A stretch of 64,000 nt of DNA, taken from Eledone cirrhosa (taxonomy: Eukaryota). The notes below the pieces were generated by a model, which was given only the letters and a program-made list of their open reading frames with translations, did no database searches and was not told the DNA's origin. Within the stretch, counting starts at the first letter, position 1. Every line of letters begins with the position of its first letter. The stretch covers positions 53,444,001-53,508,000 of the forward strand of contig OZ024743.1 in assembly GCA_964016885.1 (NCBI GenBank), in the 5' to 3' direction. Below are positions 1 through 11,606 of this stretch, piece by piece. A program made the translations under genes and the position numbers.

Positions 1-894
1 CACGCCATTGGTGGCTGGTTTGATCGGACAAGTGAGCAGAGCAGACGATAAGTAGGAAAGAAAACAAGATCGGAGGATTAAAAAACAAAGGAAGGGGATG
101 GGGCATTAGAAAAAGAAGAAAGAAAGAGGAAGAAATGAAAAGCTCTAGAGGAGTAAAATTGAAAGAGAAGGAAAATGAACTAGAAAATCGAGAGGAGGAG
201 GAAAAAGAAGAGAATAGGGGAAACATGACAGAAGATGGGGAAATGGAGAAAACGAAAGAGATGATGAGTGAGGAAAAAAGAGAGAGGAATGAAAGAAAGA
301 AAGAAAGAAAGAGATGAGTATTATGGAAGACGTAGGAAAAAGGAAAGAAAAATACAAAGAAATACATATATAAGGAAATAAAGAAAGAGAGACGGGGATG
401 AAAAGGCGAAAAAATGAAGGAAGTTTGAAAGGGAAACAGGAGGTGGTGGTATGTGAAGGTGGGAATATGGATTAGAAATGAAATCAACGAAAGATATTTA
501 AATAAAAGACAAAACAAAACAAAAAGAAATGGTGATTACAATAGTGAGAAAAGTGAATTAGTTTAATGGAACGGTTGAGTGGAACTGGAATAATTCTAAA
601 TATTTTCGAAGACTTAAGTCGAAAGTGAAGTGATATTTTCTTCGAATAGACAGATCGAGTCTTTCCCCTCCCCGCCAGCCAATACTAGTTTCCATTTTAT
701 CAAGTGTAAGGTCAGAAAACAAGTCACACATCTTCAGCTGATTTCTTTAACCATTTTGAAGAGATTTTTGGGTCACAGGTTCCGGCTATTGTCTTAGCTG
801 AAGTCGTCCAAGAAAAAGAAAGATAAATCTATCGATCGATCATTTAATGACTACGTTAAGATGATGCAGAAGTTTTCGGAAGCAAGTATTAACT

Positions 895-1415
895 CAACAA
901 CACTACTATAACAATCAACTTACTACAAACCACTGACCTAGTACATGCCACTGGTTTACTACAAACCACTTGACTACTACAACCACTGGTTTACTTCAAA
1001 CCATTGGTTCACTACAGACCACTGCTTCACTACAAACCACTAGTTCATTACAAACCACTAGTTTACTATAAATGACTATACTACTACAACACACTAGACT
1101 GCTACAGTCACTGGTTCACTACAAACCACCAAACTACTACAACCACTGGTTTACTACAAACCATTAGACTGCTACAGTCACTGGTTTACTACAAACCAAA
1201 CTACTACAGTCACAATTATACTACAAACCACTAGACTACTACAACCGCTGGTTTACTTCAAACCACTAGACTGCTACAGTCACTGGTTTACTACAAACCA
1301 AACTACTACAGTCTCAATTATACTACAAACCACTAGACTACTACAACCACTGGTTTACTACAAACCAGACTACTACAGTCACTAGTTTCCAGTAAGTACA
1401 AGTAGTTCACTATAA
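895..1415. repeat. Degenerate ~20-bp minisatellite (ACTACAAACCACTGGTTT-like) with a higher-order ~100-bp duplication
   Basis: Repeated actacaaaccact(g/a)g motifs; the block gactgctacagtcactggtttactacaaaccaaactactacagtc recurs at ~1168 and ~1270. Confidence 0.85.
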
Positions 1416-1427
1416 ATTAGGTGAAAT

Positions 1428-1530
1428 AGGCGCAGGCATGGCTAGGTTGGTACGAAGTCTGCTTTGCAACACTATGGTTTCGGATTCAGTCCCTCTGCGT
1501 AGTAGACGGAAACTGTGTGGAAGCCCGTCA
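1428..1530 (+). mobile_element. Internally deleted tRNA-derived SINE fragment
   Basis: A-box-like ggcatggctaggttggta and B-box-like ggattcagtccc, then tail gtagacggaaactgtgtggaagcccgtc. Confidence 0.55.
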
Positions 1531-1566
1531 TATATGTATGTGCATACACACACGTGTGTATATGTA

Positions 1567-1610
<44 letters not shown>

Positions 1611-1904
1611 TAAATATATAATACTAATAATAAAAAGGACGATTTATTATGTCTTCATTACATGTGGTCATCACAACAGAGGTCCGACGAGCTTTTGATT
1701 CCAGAGTCGGGCTAGATCGATACAGATCGAACCTTGAGTTGATCAATAGCGAAACGCACGTCACTACTCAAGACATGACAAATCGTCCTTTTAATTATTA
1801 TTGTAATTACACTCTGCTTAGTTCTACACCTCTATATTTACTAGAAACTATGCATCGAGTGCTCACGCTGTTGATCCTACAGTAACTGGGCATTACAATC
1901 CCTC

Positions 1905-2008
<104 letters not shown>

Positions 2009-2238
2009 TATGCACGTGTATAATTTATATGTATATATATATTCAAGATAAACATGTCGGACACAGACACAATAACACTAAGTCTTCTTAGATTCAGACT
2101 TATTGGAAAAGGAAATTGAATGTTTCAACGTATCGGACGTTAGTCTTTCGGCAGGAAATATCATAGTTCTGAAAAAGAGTAGGTTTGAAAACGGAGCGTT
2201 TGTCATGATGGTTAAGGAGTATGGGCAATGTATATATA

Positions 2239-2460
2239 TATAGGAAAAGAGTCAACACCCTGACGGCTGAGCTCCAACCGTTTCGACAGCTAGATCCAGA
2301 CTAAACCACTGCTGGCTTAGTTCGGATCTAGCTGTCGAAACGGTTGGAGCTCAGCCGTCGGGGTCCTGACTCTTTTCCTATTACCCACTCTACTACCCTA
2401 AGTACCGAGTACTCTGGTGCGTTATGGTCCACCTGGTTTCTTAACACACCTTCTTTGTTA
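2239..2460 (+). mobile_element. Short (TA)n-flanked dispersed element with an inverted 5' duplication (palindrome 2239-2382); related copy at 26270-26410
   Basis: taggaaaagagtca...gacggctgagctccaaccgtttcgacagctagatcc is mirrored downstream; tail ttacccactctactac...gagtact is shared with ~26338-26375. Confidence 0.65.
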
Positions 2461-3679
2461 TATATATATATATATATATATTGGTTGTGTGTGAGTGTAT
2501 TTACATTTTTTTCTGTGTATGTGTTAATGTCATGTAACTTAGAGGCTCGACTAAAGGGGATTTATAAAATACGTACCAAACTGGAAAATATAAATACAGA
2601 GGTTGATATGATCGAATAAATCCCTATAAATCGGTGCCACAGCATGGCCGTAGTCTAGTGACTGAAGCCAGTAAAAGATGAAATAAATGTATGTATTTAT
2701 GTATGGTCCCGTAACTCTTGGTAGAGTCGTAAGGGCGCCATATTTTTTACACACACACACACTGGAAATGACACGCACACACACTCACACAAACGACACG
2801 GCGAGAAAGAGAGGGGGGGGGGGCAAGATGGTTAGAGATAGGGTGAGAGTGTTAGAGGGAGACAAACAGAGATAGACAGAGGGGAAAGAGAGAGAGTGAG
2901 AGAGAGAGATTGATGAACATTAATCGTTAAGCACTACGTGAACTGTCAAGCAGTTACATAAATAGGTCATGTGATTATTGTGTAGATTGTAGATTGTCGG
3001 TAGAGATAATAGCCGGATTATCTTGCATCATAGTTGGGGAGGGGGAGGATTAGTGAGCTTTACAGATGATCCTCTCACAATAGCGACAAACACTTAGCAT
3101 AACGAGCTCACGAAGTGGCCTCTACGTGGCCGTTCCACTTGCTAGAAATAGCAACTAAAAATTACTGAGCTTGTGGCGTATGAAGGGATGGGGGCTAGCA
3201 GCCAATGTTCCACAATATTTACTTTTGCTACCATAAATAATAATGACCCTGATGAAATTTTCAGTTAGGAGCCCCATGCAAACTTAATCCGCCCCTGTCT
3301 GCACATAACGAACTAATTTGGGGGCCTCAAGCAGTCGCTCGACCTGCGAGAAGTAGCAATTAAAAGGTCTCCCTAAAATCACAACATTCTACTGCAGTGA
3401 GTCCTAGCCTTTTCACTAACAAAGGTCACGTTTATTTAAATTGATTCCCCCACTAACCCCCGCTACAATTACTCTCCGCATAGATCAGTGATTCTTGGTA
3501 ACCCAGGTCATATTCCTCCATTTACAATACAAGGTTTCCTCAATTTCTCCGCCATTTTGAATTGTCATCTTGTAATTTTTTCACCATAATACATGTTTAT
3601 TATTAAAGTAATTTATAAAAGCAATTAAGTCTTTTTGTGAACTGTTAATTCGCGATCGCTCTTATAGTTGGTGATATTG

Positions 3680-3738
3680 ATATTTCATTTGATATATGCA
3701 CAATGTATATATAGTTGGGTATATTGGTATTTCATGTG

Positions 3739-3784
<46 letters not shown>

Positions 3785-3845
3785 CACATGAAATACCAAT
3801 ATACCCAACTATAGTATACATTGTGCATATATCAAATGAAATATA
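3680..3845. repeat. Inverted repeat with ~60-bp arms centred on a (TA)n tract
   Basis: atttcatttgatatatgcacaatgtata...catgtgtt (TA)n aacacatg...ttgtgcatatatcaaatgaaat. Confidence 0.9.
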
Positions 3846-3850
3846 TATAT

Positions 3851-4215
3851 ATATATTAATAAAAGGAATTCCAACTTTGTCTGATTTACTCGTTTTATTT
3901 ACAATCCTTTAAAATTTATAATGGTATTATGGTAGAATATTAAATGTTAAGTGTTAATTGAACAAGTACTTTCATGCTTTCGCAATCTTCAGGTTCATAA
4001 TGTGTGGTGACAGTCAAGTTTGCAATTTTCACAGTTGAAAATTGCAAACTTGACTGTCACAACTGAATATGAACCTGAAGATTGCGAAAGCATGAAAGTA
4101 CTTGTTCAATTAACACTTAACATTTAATATTCTACCATAATACCATTATAAATTTTAAAGGATTGTAAATAAAACGAGTAAATCAGACAAAGTTAGAATT
4201 CCTTTTATTAATATA
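3851..4215. repeat. Near-perfect ~365-bp palindrome: inverted pair of PLE-type termini, each arm with a hammerhead motif
   Basis: Arms are reverse complements around ttttca-cagt-tgaaaa (~4026-4041) with one short mismatched patch; flanked by (TA)n. Confidence 0.85.
4070..4108 (+). ncRNA. Minimal type I hammerhead ribozyme motif (mirror copy on - at ~3959-3997)
   Basis: tgaac-CTGAAGA-t-tgc gaaa gca-t-GAAA-gtac-tt-gttca: stem I tgaac/gttca, stem II tgc/gca, palindromic gtac at stem III. Confidence 0.65.
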
Positions 4216-4255
4216 ATCTTCTATACACAATCATACAATCATACACACCCGTGTA

Positions 4256-4320
<65 letters not shown>

Positions 4321-4428
4321 GTATATATATATATATATAAATGTATATATATATATATATAAATGTATATATATATATATATAAATGTATATATATATAT
4401 ATATAAATGTATATATATATATATATAA

Positions 4429-4486
<58 letters not shown>

Positions 4487-4540
4487 GTATATATATATAT
4501 ATATAAATGTATATATATATATATAAATGTATATATATAT

Positions 4541-4582
<42 letters not shown>

Positions 4583-4585
<3 letters not shown>

Positions 4586-5985
4586 GGAAAATTTGAACAG
4601 GAACAAAACAGAGAGGCAGTACAACGAATGTTTATTAATTTCACGCTCTGGAGAGTGGGGTGGTGGTGGGGAACGACGTTTCGGGCATAAGCCCTTCCTC
4701 AGGTGAGAAGTGTGTGGGAAGAGAGTTCAAAGGGTGTGTAGGGGAGTGGTGGAGAGACATATAGCGAAAAGGGGGTGGGAGGAAACGGTGCGAATGAAAT
4801 TAAAAATAAAAATAAAAATAAAGCATGATCAAAATAAAATGAAATGAAATAAAAATAAATATAAAAGCATGATCAAAATAAACTGAAATTAAAAATGGGT
4901 AAAACAGGTGGTGGAAGGGTGTGGGGTGTGTAGGGGTGGTGGCGGGTGGAGTGGGGAGAGGGAGACGGGGTGTCCGAGCGGGGAGGGCTGAAGGTGGTGT
5001 GTGTGTGTAGGTGTACGTGCGTGTGTGTGTGTGTGTGTATATGTGAAAGCAAGGGTTGGGGGAAGAACGGGGTTGCATGTTCAGGAAGAGGTGTGTGTGG
5101 GGTGGGGTGTAGGTCGGAGTGTGCGTGCGTGTGTGGATAGAGGGGTGGGGGGAGAGGAATCCGGAGGCTGAAGGTGTAAATATGTGGTGGAAAGCACGTG
5201 TGTGTGGGGTTTAAGCGTGTTGTGGGTGTAGGTGGCGTGTGGGAGAAAAAAAAAATTTTGGGGTGTGTGTGTGGGTGAGTTATATAGGTGATTCCGTAAG
5301 AGGATGTGGTTGAAATGTTGGTAAACTCCTATGATGTTAGTAGATTCCACGGTGGTCAAGTTCCACATACGAGTATTCCATGAAGAGATGGGTCGGAAGA
5401 GGAGACATGTGGGGGTGCGCGCGCAACAGGAAGTGGTCAAGGCGGTGGGAGTGCTATGTGTCTGTTTGTGCTGGGAGGTGGTCAGAGGGCATAGCAGCAG
5501 TCGGGTGGAATGGTAAAGGGGCGAGGATGGGTAGGTGTGAAAGTTGGAGTGAGGAGGGTGTGTGTGTGTATTAGTAGAGGTGTTAGTGGGATGAGTGAGT
5601 GTGGAGAAAGGGTGTGGGTGGAGCGGGGAGAGAAGGGTGTGGGGGTCGATGGAGGGAGTGTGGTGTACTGGTGTGTGTGTAGTTTGATGAAGAGGGTGTT
5701 AGTGGGTGTTAGTATACGGGAGGTGGAGAAAGGGTTGAATGCAGGTGAGTGGGGTTAGTGGTGGTAGGGTGTGTAGAGTTGGTGGTGTACGAGGGTGCGT
5801 GGGGTTGGGGGGTGTTAGTGATGTTAGTTGCGTGTGGGGTGGGTGGTGTAAGTGGGTGCGTGTGTTCGTGTGCTTGGGGTCACGGGGTGTTAGTGATGTT
5901 AGTTGCGGGGTAGTGGGATGGAGGTGTGGGGGTGAGGGTTAGTGGTGGTAGTAGGGTGTGTGTTTAGTGTGAGCGCGTGTATATA

Positions 5986-5990
<5 letters not shown>
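4583..5990 (-). mobile_element. Degenerate 3' portion of a probable Penelope-like element (C/A-rich) ending in a hammerhead-like motif
   Basis: Minus strand at ~4672-4703 reads CTGAGGA-a-gggc ttat gccc-GAAA-cgtc; both ends abut (TA)n; the coding remnant is too decayed for a firm domain call. Confidence 0.45.
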
Positions 5991-6017
<27 letters not shown>

Positions 6018-6235
6018 ATGTAAACTATTCTTTTCGAATTTGGATTCCTCCTCTGACCAACATTCCTCCTTCATTCCCCTCAACAAAAATTCCTGAAATG
6101 TTTCCATTCAGAGCCAAGTACTTCCCGTTTGAGAAACACTGCCACAGGTTGTTATAAAGCGATAATAATAATATATATACTTCGAGCGAGAAGGATACCC
6201 AAAAGTGTGTGTATATCATTTCGGAGGTGTATATG

Positions 6236-6356
6236 TGAAAGTGCATGGCTGAGTGGATAGAGTATTGGATTCGCAATCGTGAGGTTGTGAGTTCGACTCC
6301 CGGACCGGGTGATGCGTTATGTCCTTGAGCAAGACACTTTATTTCACGTTGCTCCT
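6236..6356 (+). mobile_element. tRNA-derived SINE (5' part)
   Basis: A box tggctgagtgg, B box gagttcgactcc, then gtccttgagcaagacactttatttcacgttgctcc; same family at 7555-7768(-), 18400(+), 37070(+). Confidence 0.8.
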
Positions 6357-6898
6357 TCTACTTTGGGTTGCGACCGATATATAGTATTAGCAATTGGAAA
6401 GACCAATGGAAACATTGTTTCCTCGGTCCGATTTGATGAAAGTCGATCGACTGTCGATATGTCTAGCAAATCACTAGATCTGAGACCGTGAATTTAACCT
6501 AAAGCAATTACAACGCGGAAGAATCATTTTAGCCATTTAAAAACACAAAAACGGTTAACTTTACTTTATATTTATCCATTATTTCTTAGTGTCAAAAGTT
6601 CCGTCGTGCAGTTTACGATCTGAACACTGCCACAATTAACACAGTAGAAAGAATCTAAGGGGATAAATAGAGGGATAGATTTTACAGTCTAAGCCAATTT
6701 ACAGGAGAACCATAGGTAGATCACGAGCCATATGGTTGGATAGCATCCATGAACTCAGTTGATCTCGCTTGGGGACCCAGCCGGTTCAATTAGAGACGGT
6801 TGCTTCTCATAGGGCACTCTGGAAGGCGTATCTGAGAATTCTGTCCTCCCGCCACATATACAAACACACTCCCTGGAATACGCGGGTGAAGGGCATAC

Positions 6899-6946
<48 letters not shown>

Positions 6947-7289
6947 GCACATACACATGTGAATATAATGTAGTTATGGGGTTATGGGTGGGGTGCACTA
7001 TTGATCTCAGCGGTATATAGTAGAGATCAATAGGGTGCAATGATAGTCAGCACTTGGTAACACATCTGAAATACCTGCGCAGCTAGTTGGAATGTAGACA
7101 ATCCCTGTGGACTGTCTGTATTGCGCATGTCCAGTCAGTGTGTTAAATTTTGTTAATACAGAATTATTTGGCCCAAATATATATTTTACAAAATAAATCT
7201 TTCATAATACGTATATAAATAGTCTAGTTTTCCCCAAGATAAACCTTGCTAATTATAGGATGTGTCTTATCACTTGTAAGGCTGAGTCA

Positions 7290-7410
7290 TGAGAATGTCG
7301 GACAGAGTACTTTGAGGTTTTGTCCCGGCTCTCTGCTCTCTTAGTTCAAATTCCGTTGAGGTCAACTTTGCTTTTCATCCATTCGTGGTCGATAAAAAAA
7401 GCATCAGTCT
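7290..7410 (+). mobile_element. SINE fragment, second family (as 50497-50678)
   Basis: agttcaaattccgttgaggtcaactttgcttttcatccattcgtggtcgataaaa. Confidence 0.7.
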
Positions 7411-7554
7411 ATTCTTTCTCTATACTTCATTCTCACTCTATCCACTTCTGGAAAAAATCTACTGCATTCAAACCTGCAGAAGTTTAAAAATGCCTTAAGA
7501 AACATTGTATGCCAATATAGTGCCTCGATATCTCCCTCGGGAGTTATGGATCCA

Positions 7555-7768
7555 TCCCATACCTTATCACTTGTAGCGTCGTATGAACCGAGAAATATGA
7601 TTTTTCTTTGTCCCGAAAAGGTTCAACCAATTTTTTCCTTTTGAGTGGATTGGAACAACGGGAAATGAAGTGTCTTGCTCAAGGACACAATACGCCGCCG
7701 GGAAATCGAATTTACGGCCTTACGATTGTGAAACGAACACCCTAACTACTTAGCCACGCGCCTTCACA
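7555..7768 (-). mobile_element. tRNA-derived SINE
   Basis: Reverse complement gives gcgcgtggctaagtagttagggtgttcg...ttcgatttcccggcggcgtattgtgtccttgagcaagacac. Confidence 0.8.
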
Positions 7769-8089
7769 AATGATTGAGTGTGTAGGGCATGAAGGCTATG
7801 TCAATATCCACTCTATATGATTAATGACGTTGTAAACAAATATACGTTGATGACATCTCACTCGAAATCAAAATAACTTCCACATGTGTGAAACATATAC
7901 AAATAGTTTTTTGTCGGCCATTTGTAATCCTAATGGTACATATCTTGTCAGTCGTTTAGATTTAAAAGCATTTCGTTTCGGACATAAAAACTCATTGTTA
8001 TGATATCTATGTTTCCGGAATTTTGATAGACTGTTATAGCAATGTTTTAACTAATTGTTTTCTTTTCAGTTAACCATTTCGACACCAAC

Positions 8090-8461
8090 ACGGGGAAGAC
8101 TGCAGCTTTTGTACGAGAGTATGCCACTATAAGTGGAAGAAAGAGCGACAAAGAATCAAGAAGGACAGGAAGACTATTGAAAAGAGAAATGAAAGACCTG
8201 CTCCTTGCCTCCAGGCAAAGGATAGAAGCCGATTTCACCCTGGATGAACTCAACGCTGCAATTAAAAAGATCAAAGCACGTAAAACAGTAGGTCCAGATG
8301 AAATAGCGCCAGACCTTCACAAACACCTAACCAAATCTATTCAAATTGAACTTTTGCAAATTTTAAACCATAGTTGGACGAAAAATTGGTGCCCCCAGTC
8401 TTGGCGGACGGCGACAAACATACCTTTCCACAAAAAAAGCAAAGATCCAGATCAGCCTTAA
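8090..8461 (+). pseudogene. Internal fragment of a LINE reverse transcriptase (N-terminal RT region; I/Jockey-group-like)
   Basis: DFTLDELNAAIKKIKARKTVGPDEI...ILNHSW...WCPQSWRTATNIPFHKKSKDP matches the non-LTR RT domain 0-1 pattern (K.PGPD, P..W+.A.+IP..K.GK). Confidence 0.8.
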
Positions 8462-8649
8462 CCAAGCCGACCTACGATGAAAAGCGTTCTAACCGTAATT
8501 ATCACATCTTTTCAAGCATTGAACTACATTGGCCAATGTGTGCTACATTAGCGTGCGGTCAGCCACAGTATCCCTAGTCTACGCTGTCTAATGTGTTAGG
8601 ATTAATTATTGTTGTCAGTCGAGTTAGGGTTAATTTTTGTTGTTGAGGT

Positions 8650-9010
8650 AAACTGCACACTGAACTGTAAATGTGCAGGTAGACTAAAGTGTAAATGACC
8701 CGGTGGATCACCCGCTAAAGTGTAAATGACCAGATAGACCGTATTTTGATGTAAATGTTTAGGTAAACCACACGTTGGTATAAATGACCAGGTAAACGAC
8801 ACGTTGGTGTAAATGACTAGGTAGACCACACGTTGGTGTAAATGAGGAGGTAAACCACACGTTGGTGTAAATGACCAGGTAAACCACACGTTAATATAAA
8901 TGACCAGGTAAATGACACGTTGGTGTAAATGACCAGGTAGACAACACGTTGGTGTAAATGACCAGGTAGACCACACGTTGATGTAAATGACAAGGTAGGC
9001 TGCACACTAA
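8650..9010. repeat. 29-bp minisatellite (AAATGACCAGGTAGACCACACGTTGGTGT), ~12 units; related inverted array at ~24330-24472
   Basis: Seen directly; diverged units tttacagttcagcgttcggtctacctggccatt at ~24350. Confidence 0.9.
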
Positions 9011-9484
9011 ATTTGATGCCATCCAATCTATCCTTCTTTCTTTTTTCTTATATGTGTAATTTGAAAGAAATTTGGCTGCTTTTTCTTGCAGGTCGATTAG
9101 CCACATAGTGGTTCCCTCATTAATATTTGGAGGTTATTTCATCAACTAAGGTACTGCTTCGTTGGTACTTCTGGATTTAGAAGGCTTAAATTACTGGTAA
9201 CATTTTGATCTAGATTATATATTAGACAGATTATGGTATGGGTCACTATTTTCGGGTCAAGTGCTGTTGAGGTAAGCTTTAAGGTCTAGACATGTGCAAT
9301 CTATATGATAATAATTGTACAGCTATCACACGAACGCTATGCACTTTCAAGCAATTTCTAAACATTTTAATTTAGAATTCATGGAACACAAATGTAATTC
9401 CAAAAAGGGGTGGGAGATGTTCTAATATGCTTTCATTCATAACAGAAATAAATGTACTCTGTCAGCGATGCTATCTATGTATCT

Positions 9485-10254
9485 AGGACTTTCCGACCGG
9501 GACCTATCGACAACTTCCAGAGGTCCCTGGCCTGGCAGTGCTACCGAGGAGCTCTTCCCGTTCGAGATAAGATCTATAGGCACGGACGCCCCGGCAGGGA
9601 TCCTTCCAAGCGGACGTGTCCAAGATTCGAGCAGGACATTGAAACCGTCTTGCACGCAATTATACACTGCCCGGGCGTAAGCGACCTGTGGAACTATGCA
9701 GAACAACTGCTGTCGCGTATGGGACAAATCCAGTTGACTACCGAGTCCATAGTAAGGATCAAACCGCCAGCCTCTTTCAAAAACGAAAGAGAGGCGGTTT
9801 TCCTCTGTACAGTGACTATGGTGAAAGAGGTTATATGGTAGACGAGATTGAGAGGACTGAGGACAGATGCCTTCCTCTCCGGACAACAATTGATTCCCTT
9901 CTTTAAGTATCACTTTAGAAGGAGAATCAGAGTGGAGAAAGAGGCACTGCACCCCAGTAAATTTACTGAAAGATGGAGGAATGAAGCGAAAATGGCCCGA
10001 GTGTTTATAAACCTGTAGGTTAAAGAAGAGAGCAAAAGGAAAAGGGAGCACTTGCACAACACGCTCCTGAAGTTGAGGGTTGTTCTATTGACGGGGTATT
10101 AAACAACCCATTTGTGGTGCCTCCCCCCTATTGGGGATTTCGATTGTTATAATTGTTTGTTTTATATTTTTACACGACTGTATGTAAAATCCCCGGCATG
10201 TGTCTTTGTATTGTCCCCTTTTCTTGTGCGCGCTTGTGGCTAATAAAGAAATAT
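9485..10254 (+). mobile_element. Tx1-clade retrotransposon, 5'-truncated copy 1 (ORF2 C-terminus + 3' UTR)
   Basis: RTFRPGPIDNFQRSLAWQCYRGALPVRDK...CPR..DIETVLHAIIHCP homologous to the end of ORF2 at 13596-16883; preceded by ctatctatgtatct and ends aataaagaaatat-atct. Confidence 0.92.
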
Positions 10255-10260
10255 ATCTAT

Positions 10261-11356
10261 ATGGCTGATGATGCGCAAACACGCGCTGAGGCTACGCCAT
10301 CAGCAGGTATTCCTGACCGGTGAACCGGTGTGGCTGTCGTTTGTGAGACAAGCTATTCCACAACTCGTCTCACTAACAGAGCTGCAGTCCTGGGTCAAGC
10401 GAAGACCGAAAACGGGTGCCTGGCACCTCGAGTGCCTTCAGGCGCTCACAGCCCACTACCAAGGGGAAACGGCAATCAGCGGAGACTCCACTTCGACATT
10501 CTATAGGGGATTAGTGGAGGATAAGTGCGACGACATTCTCGGGGAAATTCTAGGCATCGAGGAGTATGAACTGACCAGTCTGTTCGGGAGGACTTTCCGT
10601 CCAGGGCCTATGGATAACTTCCAGAGGTCTCTGGCCTGGCAGTGCTACCGAGGAGCTCTACCAGTTCGAGACAAAATCTACAGGCACGGACGCCCTGGCA
10701 GAGATGCTGCCAAAAAGACCTGTCCAAGATGCGAGCAGGACATCGAAACCGTTCTGCACGCAATTGTTCAGTGCCCAGGGGTGACCGACCTGTGGAATTA
10801 TGTCGAACAGCTACTGTCACGTATGGGACGCATCCAGTTGTCAGCCGAATCCATCGTGAGGATCACCTCGCCGCCTTCATTTAAGAATGAAGGAGAGGCG
10901 GTTGTCCTCTGTCTGGTGGCTATGGCGAAAGAGGTAATATGGTGGACGAGGTTAAAAGGACTGAGGGAAAACACCTTTCTTCCCGGACAACAACTTATCC
11001 TCTTCTTTAAGTACCACTTCAGAAGGAAGGTGAGAGTGGAGAGAGAGGTGCTACACCCCAGTAAATTCGCTGAAAGGTGGGTGAATGTGTCTCTGTATAT
11101 AAACCTGTAGGTTGAGGAAGATAAACAGAGGGAAGACGGGAACACCTACAAAACGTGTTCCTGGTGTTTAGGGTTGTTCTATCCACGGGGTAACGTTCCC
11201 CCTGCTGGAGATTTCAATTGTTATTTTATTATTTTATTATATATAGTTTATTGTTATTTATTAATGTTAAAGTTATATGATTTTTATGTAAAACTCCCAC
11301 CGTCACGTCTTGTAATGTCCCATTTGTGTACGCCCCTGTGGCAAATAAAGAAAGAT
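10261..11356 (+). mobile_element. Tx1-clade retrotransposon, 5'-truncated copy 2 (different subfamily)
   Basis: 280-aa ORF 10268-11110 homologous to the ORF2 C-terminus with a CPRC..H..C zinc finger; ends gtggcaaataaagaaagat-(atct/atgt)n. Confidence 0.93.
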
Positions 11357-11371
11357 ATCTATGTATGTATG

Positions 11372-11405
<34 letters not shown>

Positions 11406-11606
11406 GATAGAGTAAGACACGCTTCGCATCGGCTCCGCTATTCCATCGGGATTTACCCTTACTATTGTAAGTACCGGATAAATTTTTTAGTGCAACACAT
11501 TTGGAACACTAACCCCTGTTATTTAGGGAAACATTTTTGCATTTACCCCCTTTTTAGGGGGTAAAATAAATATCTATTTTTGCCGAAAAATTTCTTTCTT
11601 GGCAGC

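Noticed and set aside
2120-2160. Further hammerhead-like motifs (2120-2160 -, ~25315-25362 +, ~26960-26998 -)
   Set aside because: Core nucleotides are mutated (CTGCCGA/GATA, TCGGCGA, CAGAAGA); probably decayed relics and not called as ribozymes
4231-4690. Many 60-220 aa ORFs rich in YI, HT, CV, SL or ER here and across the window
   Set aside because: Translations of stop-free dinucleotide microsatellites; no coding signal
6236-6310. Functional tRNA genes at A/B-box sequences
   Set aside because: No clean cloverleaf; they continue into shared SINE body sequence
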